Origin: a virus
Length of the DNA: 36,474 bases
Strand: one strand, 5' to 3'
Virus record (IMG/VR): IMGVR_UViG_3300037310_000190
Coordinates: 1-36,474 of that record
Shown: positions 22,938-30,487 of the stretch, one piece after another
Numbering within the stretch: the stretch's first letter is position 1
Layout: every line of letters starts with the position of its first letter
The notes under the pieces: model-generated
The model's database searches: none
Seen by the model: the letters and a program-made list of their open reading frames with translations, nothing else
What the model was told of the DNA's origin: nothing
Position numbers and translations under genes: made by a program

Positions 22938-25076
22938 GTGGATATCGTTTACAACAGCGACGCTACGGCGCTGAACGAATTAGGGCACGTCGTCTATATC
23001 CGAAGACAGTGGGGCGATCCATGGGAGATAGCGCCCGAACTTAGCTGCGAGCAAGCAACGTGGGCGCTAGGATTCGACATTTCTACCGCTACCTTAGTCC
23101 GCGAGTTCGGGCTAATTCGATTGCCAGGCGAGCAAACCCACACGATACGAAATAAAGTAGATTTGACAGGTTTTTTCGTGCTAGTGGAGTATCAGACGCA
23201 TTACGGCAGTCCGTTATTTTGGCTAGGGTTCGTTGAGAGGAGTGATGCAGACTCAGCGGCAGTGAGTAACGGAGTGCTGAGCGGGCTGCAAGTCTATGAG
23301 TGCTTTGGATTAGAGAAGGCGCTCGACCTGGCATATTGTGATACGACAGTGTGGACTGACGGATCGGTGCGGCGCGGAAATGTAGATACAGTCTTCAACC
23401 GCAAGCGTCAGGGAAATAGATCATTAGTCACGGCGACGAATGCCGTGACAGGATTGGAATCGTATGTATTTTCTGGAAGACAAGACGAATCAGCGTATTG
23501 GACCACTCGCGACATTGTCCAATATCTCTTGGCTTGGCATGTACCGCTTAGCTCAACAGGAGTGGCAGCGATTGCCATAGGCGTTGTTAATTTGGCCAAC
23601 GTGTACGCGCTTGATCTAACGCCCGAACTAAACACTGCTGGACGAAGCGTGAGGGATCTTCTCAATGCGTTACTGCATGGTAATAATTTGCTAACGTGGT
23701 ATCTGCGCTACACTGCTCCAGCAAACATCATGACAGGCACGTGGATCATCGATGTGGTGATTGTGTCCCTCGCGCCGGCGGCGATAACGCTACCGAGCGG
23801 CGCAACGCAACCAGGCGCAGCGACGATAATAAATCTAGAAGTCGATGCCGATGTCATGACTGCTACGAGCTTGACCGATATAGGGCTGGAAGTGGCTGAT
23901 CAAATACGAGTGCGCGGAGGGCGAAAATCGTATATTTTCACTGGATATATGTGTGACACGACGGCGACGGCGCCGGAAGCGTCGACAAAATTCCTGGTGT
24001 CTGATTGGTCAGACAGTGATCAAGGAGCGTACATTTCGGCAGCAGTCACCGAGCAGGGATATGCAGATCTGACGCTAGACGAAAAGAAACAGGCAAACGG
24101 ATTCGAGCGAGAAAAGTACCCGAGCGTCTTCGCCGACTATCGCGTGAATTGGCGTTGGGATTGTGTGTCACATGATGACGAGCACGTCTTTGGGACTTTC
24201 GAAGATGAGCCGGTGAAGGTCGTTCCGCAGGAACTTCGCCTATTGCCTGATGTCCCGCTATTTGTCGGCGTGAATTATTCAGGCGAACCACCATTCAACG
24301 AATCGTACCAGCGGCTAGCGCGATTTCCCTATCAGCCGATCAAGCTGTGGTCTTACGCGGTACGGGAGCAACGATTATATGATGCGCGAGGTCTCGCTGC
24401 CAAAAACGCACAAAATGCGGTCGAGGGAGATACACCATTTCCGGAAATTTCTATTTCTACTGACGGCGATAAAATTAGCTTTGTTGTGCGGAATGCGGAA
24501 CAACATACTATCAATAATTTGGCGAGTCAGGGATTGTTGGAAAATCGGCAATCGTTGCACACGCGAAAGATTGCCGCGGCGCAATCTCTGATCACTGTGG
24601 CGGTAAGCGTAGATTCGTGGTGTGAAGGAATCTATCCTGTATCACCACAAGCATATCGCGACGTGCTGCGAGTTCACACGCTGTATGCAGGTGATGCATA
24701 TCAGCATGTCACGCTGACGCCGGGTACGATCCTAGGAGTTCGGCATGACGGCGCACCAGTCACCGCCGAGGGTGGAATAGTGCGTGACGATAGCGGGGCG
24801 CTGCGAGACCTGGCAAGAATAGTGTATGAGTGGATGGCGACGCCGAGAAAAAATTTGGCAGTAAGATCGGCGCGAATCGACGGGCGATGGGTGATTGGCG
24901 CGCTGATCGGTACGACGAAAGAGCACGTATCAACAGTGTCGGTCAATTCGCCGATCGCTAGGATTCAGGTGCAATCGCCGCGCGCGATAAACAGCGAGCC
25001 GATTTCGCCTCAGATGATTGTTTCTACGGCAATGTTTGTTCGTGACTGGCAGCGGGTGCTTGATGAGTTCAGTTGA
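22938..25076 (+). CDS. Large tail tip / host-specificity-type protein.
   Basis: It is 712 aa. The GTG start immediately follows the upstream TGA. The position corresponds to baseplate or central-fibre genes. Confidence 0.65.
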   Translation: MDIVYNSDATALNELGHVVYIRRQWGDPWEIAPELSCEQATWALGFDISTATLVREFGLIRLPGEQTHTIRNKVDLTGFFVLVEYQTHYGSPLFWLGFVERSDADSAAVSNGVLSGLQVYECFGLEKALDLAYCDTTVWTDGSVRRGNVDTVFNRKRQGNRSLVTATNAVTGLESYVFSGRQDESAYWTTRDIVQYLLAWHVPLSSTGVAAIAIGVVNLANVYALDLTPELNTAGRSVRDLLNALLHGNNLLTWYLRYTAPANIMTGTWIIDVVIVSLAPAAITLPSGATQPGAATIINLEVDADVMTATSLTDIGLEVADQIRVRGGRKSYIFTGYMCDTTATAPEASTKFLVSDWSDSDQGAYISAAVTEQGYADLTLDEKKQANGFEREKYPSVFADYRVNWRWDCVSHDDEHVFGTFEDEPVKVVPQELRLLPDVPLFVGVNYSGEPPFNESYQRLARFPYQPIKLWSYAVREQRLYDARGLAAKNAQNAVEGDTPFPEISISTDGDKISFVVRNAEQHTINNLASQGLLENRQSLHTRKIAAAQSLITVAVSVDSWCEGIYPVSPQAYRDVLRVHTLYAGDAYQHVTLTPGTILGVRHDGAPVTAEGGIVRDDSGALRDLARIVYEWMATPRKNLAVRSARIDGRWVIGALIGTTKEHVSTVSVNSPIARIQVQSPRAINSEPISPQMIVSTAMFVRDWQRVLDEFS

Positions 25077-25395
25077 CGATCGACTTACTCGACTTGAGCG
25101 CTCATTATCGGCGATGTCCAAGTCTAAGACCTCGGCCCCGCTAGTGGGATTGTTTCTCGTTCCTTCATCAGGAATTGCCGGTGTGTTTGAAAATGTGGTG
25201 CATAGCGAAGAATGCCTTAGATATACAATACAAATTACCGACGGAGTAGCCAGTATAGTGCCACTGGTCGTCGGCGACGGTCAAGTTGTGGAGCGGGTCT
25301 ATAACGACATGACAGTCGACCTCCAGCCCGGTCATTTGATCAAGGCGATTAGATGCTGTGGGTTGTGGCTCCCCTTTACCGAGGACTGCGGATGA
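25063..25395 (+). CDS. Hypothetical protein (110 aa).
   Basis: ATG at 25063 (the frame opens at 25018). The N-terminal coiled segment is SVDDRLTRLERSL. ATGA overlap with the lipase gene. Confidence 0.6.
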   Translation: MSSVDDRLTRLERSLSAMSKSKTSAPLVGLFLVPSSGIAGVFENVVHSEECLRYTIQITDGVASIVPLVVGDGQVVERVYNDMTVDLQPGHLIKAIRCCGLWLPFTEDCG

Positions 25396-26132
25396 ACAGA
25401 CAAGACGCGCTAAGGATAGCACGAATGATTTATGCGGTATCCAAAAGAGAGGAGGAAGCGTGCGCGTCTGAGATAGGCATGTCAGTAGTCTATCGGCGTG
25501 TACTGAATTTGCGTGCTGCAGTGTTCTCCGATCACGACCAGGTAATCGTTGCGATACCCGGAAGCGATGACTTAGCGGACTGGATTTCGAACTTCGATAG
25601 TCGTTTAGAGCACGTCGTAATTCGCAGGAAAAACATGGTCGCGCATCGTGGCGCAGTGCATAATGCGCTAGCGCTGTATCCGTTCGTCGCGGGATCTGTG
25701 TATCCGTTCGTCGCGAAGCATGAGCAAGATATCATCATTGCGGGGCATAGCGCAGGTGGTCAGATCGCGGAGATCCTGGGGGCCGCGATGTCAGCGACGG
25801 TGTACACCTTCGGCGCGCCGCGTGTGTTTTCTCAGGCGTCGGCGGTCGATCTTGTCGCGACAAAACGATATCGATTTACGAATCAGCGTGATCCGATTCC
25901 CAGTTTGCCATTGCGGAAATTTCGCTGGTTATTTGGTGGGGCATCGTTCGCCCATGCGTCGCCCGAATTACATTTAGAGGGAAATGGTGATATAATAACA
26001 GACAGGAAGGAAAGATCCTTTCTGAATTTGTTTACTAGGTCGTGGTGGGATCTCTGGCGGCGACGGTTGCCGCTAGCCATCCACGATCACCATATGACAA
26101 GCTACATTGAAGCATTGGAGAAAAAGGTATGA
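25392..26132 (+). CDS. Class-3 lipase / alpha-beta hydrolase.
   Basis: The nucleophile elbow is IIIAGHSAGGQIA (GHSxG). NQRDPIPSLP gives the Asp context and HDHHMTSYIEAL the His context, both typical of Lipase_3. No signal peptide. The ORF track frame opens at 25353. Confidence 0.8.
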   Translation: MNRQDALRIARMIYAVSKREEEACASEIGMSVVYRRVLNLRAAVFSDHDQVIVAIPGSDDLADWISNFDSRLEHVVIRRKNMVAHRGAVHNALALYPFVAGSVYPFVAKHEQDIIIAGHSAGGQIAEILGAAMSATVYTFGAPRVFSQASAVDLVATKRYRFTNQRDPIPSLPLRKFRWLFGGASFAHASPELHLEGNGDIITDRKERSFLNLFTRSWWDLWRRRLPLAIHDHHMTSYIEALEKKV

Positions 26133-26365
26133 AGTTGTTAGGATTTGTTGTTGGCTTGGTGATTTGTGTTCAGGCGAGCGCGCAATGCGGGCCTAACGGA
26201 TGCTGCCCTGGCGGTGCGTGTATTCGTTACCCGACCCCGATCCGCAGCTGGCTTTTCGGTCGTTCGGTTTACGTTCCGCCAACGGGTGCCCCTACCGCGC
26301 CACGGTATGCCCCCACGCAGATTGCCCCGATTCCACATTACGAGTTTAGGGTAATCGTAAAATGA
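26129..26365 (+). CDS. Small secreted Cys/Pro-rich peptide (78 aa).
   Basis: The Sec-type signal is MKLLGFVVGLVICVQASA, followed by QCGPNGCCPGGAC (5 Cys in 13 residues). ATGA overlaps occur at both ends. Confidence 0.7.
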   Translation: MKLLGFVVGLVICVQASAQCGPNGCCPGGACIRYPTPIRSWLFGRSVYVPPTGAPTAPRYAPTQIAPIPHYEFRVIVK

Positions 26366-27828
26366 ATCGGTTGCGAATCATATTGCTGCTGTGCTGCTGC
26401 TGGCTAGACTACACTACGGCATTCGCTCAACAGCGACTGCCAAGCACCAACACGTTTTGGCAGTGGTCTCCACCTCGCCCGTACCACGATGCCGCTGTAT
26501 GCGTGAGGGCTGGCAGAAGTGCTGGGTCTGGGTCGATACTTACGGCCAGCAATGACCCGAGGAGAAAGTTCGCGCTAACTAATCACCATGTAATCTCCAG
26601 TGATCGCGGAATTCACTCGCAGGTAATCGTTCAAACTAAGAGCGGGCTGAAAATCCAGGGAAAAGTAACGCACTATTCGAGCGCGGATAACGGATACGAT
26701 CTCGCGCTCATTGATTTAGGGACGAGCCACGCCAATCTAGTCTCCGTTCAAATTTGTACCGCAGATCCACCACTGGGAACGGTCCTAGAGATGGCAGGTT
26801 TTGGCGGGCCAAATTACGGTCGGTTTCGCTCGTTTTTTGCCAAGCGAATAGAACCAGAGTTAGGGGCGATGGCGATCGATGCTCCAACAATCTCAGGTGA
26901 CAGTGGTTCTGGAATTCTCTGGGGAGGGTGTCTGGTGGGGGTCAACTTCGGCGGGCCGAACGCTCAACGACTCGCAGTTAGCAGAAGCAGTGGAAGTATT
27001 CCGCTAGTGTACCCGGCGAGTTCACACGCGAGTCAGCCGACGCTGGCGAGACTGCTTAGCGAGTGGATGCGCGATTTGGGATGTGTTCCGACGTTCGCGA
27101 ATCCCGGGAGCTATGGGCCTGGGGTGCCGAGCGACGACCAGTTCTATCCTCCGCAAGACGGAGGATCCAACATGCCAATCTCATACCAGTGTCCGCCATA
27201 CCGACGGCCACCACCACAGCCGATTTATCAACCACCATCGCAACCGATTCAGCCGAAAGAGTGTATTCCGATTACGTTCGATTACGCGAAGGTGGCTGAT
27301 GCATTGCTAAAAAACTCCGAGTTCATTTCATTGATTTCATCGCAACGCGGTCCAGCAGGTGCTAATGGACCCGCTGGACCCCCAGGGCCTCCAGGTCAAG
27401 TAGACCTCACGATTGTGCAAGGAATGATCCAGAAAGCGATCGCCGAGAGTGGCGTGAGCAACGTTCCTAACATCGACCTTGATCTATTGGCTTCGATTAT
27501 CGCGAACAAACATGCAGATTTATTGCGCGGTCCAAAGGGTGATAAAGGTGATAAGGGTGACACTGGAATAGCAGGACAAGTACCGCCTACGCCTACGGAT
27601 GCAGATTCTCGAATCCTGTATTTCACGTCGCAGGGGTGCAAGGAGTGCATTACGGCGACGGAAAAGATCGAAGCCCTGAAAGCAAAGGGTGCGCCGATCA
27701 CAATAATAACGCTAAGCGAAAAGGATGCGGCAACCAACGGTGTGCCCATGATTTTCGTGCCGAAGACAAATCGCAAGGTCATTGGATTGGCCAATGTCCT
27801 GAGCTATTTGACCCTCGTTACCTGGTAA
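26362..27828 (+). CDS. Secreted multidomain protein: trypsin-like serine protease, Pro-rich linker, two collagen-like G-X-Y runs and a CxxC thioredoxin/glutaredoxin-like C-terminus.
   Basis: The signal peptide is MNRLRIILLLCCCWLDYTTAFA. The catalytic triad contexts are TNHHV, YDLALIDL and GDSGSG. The collagen runs are GPAGANGPAGPPGPPG (27349-27402) and GPKGDKGDKGDTGIAG (27529-27582). The C-terminal segment is YFTSQGCKEC. Confidence 0.8.
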   Translation: MNRLRIILLLCCCWLDYTTAFAQQRLPSTNTFWQWSPPRPYHDAAVCVRAGRSAGSGSILTASNDPRRKFALTNHHVISSDRGIHSQVIVQTKSGLKIQGKVTHYSSADNGYDLALIDLGTSHANLVSVQICTADPPLGTVLEMAGFGGPNYGRFRSFFAKRIEPELGAMAIDAPTISGDSGSGILWGGCLVGVNFGGPNAQRLAVSRSSGSIPLVYPASSHASQPTLARLLSEWMRDLGCVPTFANPGSYGPGVPSDDQFYPPQDGGSNMPISYQCPPYRRPPPQPIYQPPSQPIQPKECIPITFDYAKVADALLKNSEFISLISSQRGPAGANGPAGPPGPPGQVDLTIVQGMIQKAIAESGVSNVPNIDLDLLASIIANKHADLLRGPKGDKGDKGDTGIAGQVPPTPTDADSRILYFTSQGCKECITATEKIEALKAKGAPITIITLSEKDAATNGVPMIFVPKTNRKVIGLANVLSYLTLVTW

Positions 27829-27834
27829 GGAACC

Positions 27835-28077
27835 ATGAACGAATTGATGAACGCCCTCTTGGGCATGGGAGCGCTTTCGAGTCTCCGACATGACGACGCT
27901 GTTGCGCGTCAAGGTGTTATGAACCATCAGACCGGTAGTCATCTGATGGACCTCTCGTTTATCCGTGATGCAACAGAGATGAGCATTCCGGAAAGCTACG
28001 CGGTACAGGGATTGGCGCTAAGCCAACTTCCCGCGCAAGCAGCGGGAATGAACTTGGGATCGCAAACCCCAAAGTAA
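27835..28077 (+). CDS. Hypothetical protein (80 aa).
   Basis: AAGGAA RBS. No motif recognised. Confidence 0.6.
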   Translation: MNELMNALLGMGALSSLRHDDAVARQGVMNHQTGSHLMDLSFIRDATEMSIPESYAVQGLALSQLPAQAAGMNLGSQTPK

Positions 28078-28080
28078 CAG

Positions 28081-28127
28081 CGGGAGCGGCCACAAGCGGA
28101 GCGTCAACGACGTTCGGCCAGCTCCCG
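28081..28127 (+). other. Long imperfect hairpin in an intergenic spacer.
   Basis: CGGGAGCGGCC (28081-28091) pairs with GGCCAGCTCCCG (28116-28127) with one bulge. An inner hairpin GCGTC-AAC-GACGT lies at 28101-28113. No T-run follows. Confidence 0.5.
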
Positions 28128-28152
28128 AAGTAGGCTACGCGGAAAGCCAACA

Positions 28153-28545
28153 ATGGAAGACGACATGTTAGCGGATATTGTGAAAGCGTATGCTGCGGCG
28201 AAAATCCAGCGGCTCCATATTCTTAATCAGAACGGGGCGAATATGGTATATAACCACGGCAGAGATATTGCGAATAAGCTAGGATTAGGCAACCCTCCGC
28301 AAGGAGAGGCCAACCAAAATCTAGGCATCACTCCATTCCCAAATCCGAGTTCACAAAACAACGTTAGCGTGTCGGATTCGTCCACGGCAAGAAGGTCAAG
28401 TCCGCTGGCAACGGCGGCGCTGGTGGTGTCGTCATTGCTTGGCGGTGCTGGGCTTGCAACGATTCTTCCTCTGTACTTTCAAAAACCAGCATCAACAGCA
28501 CCGACGGAGCCAAATTTTGGCGCTGTCGATATCGATGTGAGGTAG
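28153..28545 (+). CDS. Membrane-associated protein (130 aa) with one C-proximal TM helix; possible lysis accessory.
   Basis: Hydrophobic stretch SPLATAALVVSSLLGGAGLATILPLYF. It lies in the region between the tail and terminase genes. Confidence 0.6.
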   Translation: MEDDMLADIVKAYAAAKIQRLHILNQNGANMVYNHGRDIANKLGLGNPPQGEANQNLGITPFPNPSSQNNVSVSDSSTARRSSPLATAALVVSSLLGGAGLATILPLYFQKPASTAPTEPNFGAVDIDVR

Positions 28546-28546
28546 T

Positions 28547-28861
28547 ATGGATTTCGAGGGAAAAGTCGGGGCAGCGCTGGCGGAGCAAATGCGCCAGATA
28601 CAGGAAGAGGGCAACGCCTTTTCGCCCGTCAACGCAAAACTTCAAGAGGCGCAAAACCGACTACTAGAAGGATTCTTGTCACGATCGGAGCCTAGGCCCG
28701 TACATCCACTGGCCGGGAACGAGGATTTCGCCTGGATCGTCAGCCAACTTCAGTCGAATCCTCTTGTGATTCCGTACTTTCGGAAGTACCTGGAAGCAGT
28801 CCTAGTTCAACTAAAAGCGGACATTGAAGCATCACTTGCAAAATCGCTTGGTCAGGTCTGA
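28547..28861 (+). CDS. Hypothetical protein (104 aa).
   Basis: Tightly packed ORF. No motif recognised. Confidence 0.6.
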   Translation: MDFEGKVGAALAEQMRQIQEEGNAFSPVNAKLQEAQNRLLEGFLSRSEPRPVHPLAGNEDFAWIVSQLQSNPLVIPYFRKYLEAVLVQLKADIEASLAKSLGQV

Positions 28862-29292
28862 TGGTAACTACGATGATCATAAGAAAAGCCAGTGTAGCCG
28901 ACCTGCTCGACATGACAAACCTGGAGGCGAGATGTTTTCAGGGGCCATGGGAGATCAATGATTTCTTGGATGCGTTCAAAAAATATCACATGCTCGTTCT
29001 TTGTGACGGCGACGAATTGGTGGGTTATGTAGTATTTGTTCAACGCGGCAAGAAGCTAGAGATCATCAACGTGGCGGTCGCTCCTGAGAGACGGCAGCAA
29101 GGCCTAGGGACAGAGCTTTGTGTTGCTGTGGCGCTGGCAGGACCAACCACGGCATTTATTCCGGAAAATAACCTAGTGGCGCAATTGTTCTTCCGCTCGC
29201 TGGGATTTAGCGCGGTGCAAATACACCGACAAGGAAGCGGCAACGATATCTACGAATTCCGGAATAAGAGACGGAAGCGAGCTGCGGTATGA
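28861..29292 (+). CDS. GNAT family N-acetyltransferase (RimI-like), copy 2.
   Basis: INVAVAPERRQQGLGTEL (the Q/RxxGxG/A motif). AQLFFRSLGF is shared with the GNAT at 7157. TGATG overlap. Confidence 0.8.
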   Translation: MVTTMIIRKASVADLLDMTNLEARCFQGPWEINDFLDAFKKYHMLVLCDGDELVGYVVFVQRGKKLEIINVAVAPERRQQGLGTELCVAVALAGPTTAFIPENNLVAQLFFRSLGFSAVQIHRQGSGNDIYEFRNKRRKRAAV

Positions 29293-29822
29293 GACAAAAA
29301 GCGATATCCGTTGCCGATCTATTCAAAAAGCCAGATAAGGCGTGGATTCTGCTGCGTGGATGGCATGTCATCGATGCAGATACGATTGCGTTCATTTCGC
29401 CTCTGGGGTCACACGATGCAATTGAAACTGTGACCGTGCGCGTGAGAGGGGTGAACGCGCCCGAGATTCGCGGCGTGACAAGCTTAGAGAAGTTTGCCGC
29501 TCAGGCTATCAAGACGGCAGTGGTTCACTGGTTGGATGCCGCCAGCGTCGTCGAATATGAAATTTCCGGCGTGGACAAGTATGGACCGCGTCGATTAGGT
29601 GATGTGTACGCGGACTCGCAGTCGTTACTCCAACTGTTATTGGATTTCGGATGCAAGAAGTATCATGGAGAAAACAAGTTCAACGCTTCGTATACCGATG
29701 CAGAGTTAACTTTGCTCGCGCAGAGGTGTCATACCTATGTTCGGGGAGCACCCGTGCTGAAATCGTATTCACACATTTTTGATCGAATCCATGAGGCTCG
29801 TTCTGACTTTGAAAAGGAATAA
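29289..29822 (+). CDS. Staphylococcal-nuclease (thermonuclease)-like nuclease.
   Basis: VIDADT, VRVRGVNAPE and VDKYGPRRLGDVYAD align with SNase VIDGDT, FRLLLVDTPE and TDKYGRGLAYIYAD. Confidence 0.8.
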   Translation: MRQKAISVADLFKKPDKAWILLRGWHVIDADTIAFISPLGSHDAIETVTVRVRGVNAPEIRGVTSLEKFAAQAIKTAVVHWLDAASVVEYEISGVDKYGPRRLGDVYADSQSLLQLLLDFGCKKYHGENKFNASYTDAELTLLAQRCHTYVRGAPVLKSYSHIFDRIHEARSDFEKE

Positions 29823-29825
29823 CAA

Positions 29826-29999
29826 ATGACAGAGTATACGCTGTATACAGTAGAAGGCTTGCTAACGATTGCCATCACAACCTTAGCAGGACTTGTCACG
29901 TATCTGTGGAAAGAAATTAGAATTTGCGCTGAAGACCGGAAAAAATTATGGGGTGAGCTGGCGTATCTCCGTGGAAAGATTGGCGTTAACGACGATTGA
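29826..29999 (+). CDS. Small single-TM membrane protein (57 aa), not in the supplied ORF track; holin-like candidate.
   Basis: Hand translation gives MTEYTLYTVEGLLTIAITTLAGLVTYLWKEIRICAEDRKKLWGELAYLRGKIGVNDD. The ATG lies 4 nt after the upstream stop, and the TGA overlaps the TTG start of the next gene. Confidence 0.55.
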   Translation: MTEYTLYTVEGLLTIAITTLAGLVTYLWKEIRICAEDRKKLWGELAYLRGKIGVNDD

Positions 30000-30487
30000 A
30001 CAAAGATGACAAAGATCGCTTGGTGAAGAGCCTGAAATCGATTCCAAAGGGAGTCTATTGCGAGATGGCGGGCAAGGCCCACAAGTCGGTGATGGATTGC
30101 CAGCGGAAATATGCGCTCCCAGTGGCAGGGGAAACTGTAGATCTCTATGCCGTGGTACGATGGTTTCACGACCTTCTCGCGAAGCGCGGCGATTGGCTCG
30201 TCATCGACAGCGATGATCTGGAAGCGCTAGAGAAAGAAAAGTTGCGCCTCCAAACAGAGAAGCTGAGGACAGAGTCTGAGCGTCTCAAGATCAGTCTCCG
30301 TGCCGATCAGAAGAGGACCATAGATCGCGAGGAAGTACGTGAAAAGCTGGCGTGGCTGGTGACTGAGCTACGGCAGTGTGGCGTGCTCGTTGGTCGCGCA
30401 AATACCGGTCGCGACGGGCAAGCAATACTCAATGATTTTCTCGATCGCGTGGCTGATGAGCTGCGGCGCGGAGTACTCACAGTGTGA
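29996..30487 (+). CDS. Putative terminase small subunit (Nu1-like).
   Basis: It lies directly upstream of TerL and is translationally coupled to it (GTGA overlap). It has an N-terminal HTH-like segment and then a coiled coil, LEALEKEKLRLQTEKLRTESERLK. The TTG start is uncertain. Confidence 0.55.
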   Translation: MNKDDKDRLVKSLKSIPKGVYCEMAGKAHKSVMDCQRKYALPVAGETVDLYAVVRWFHDLLAKRGDWLVIDSDDLEALEKEKLRLQTEKLRTESERLKISLRADQKRTIDREEVREKLAWLVTELRQCGVLVGRANTGRDGQAILNDFLDRVADELRRGVLTV

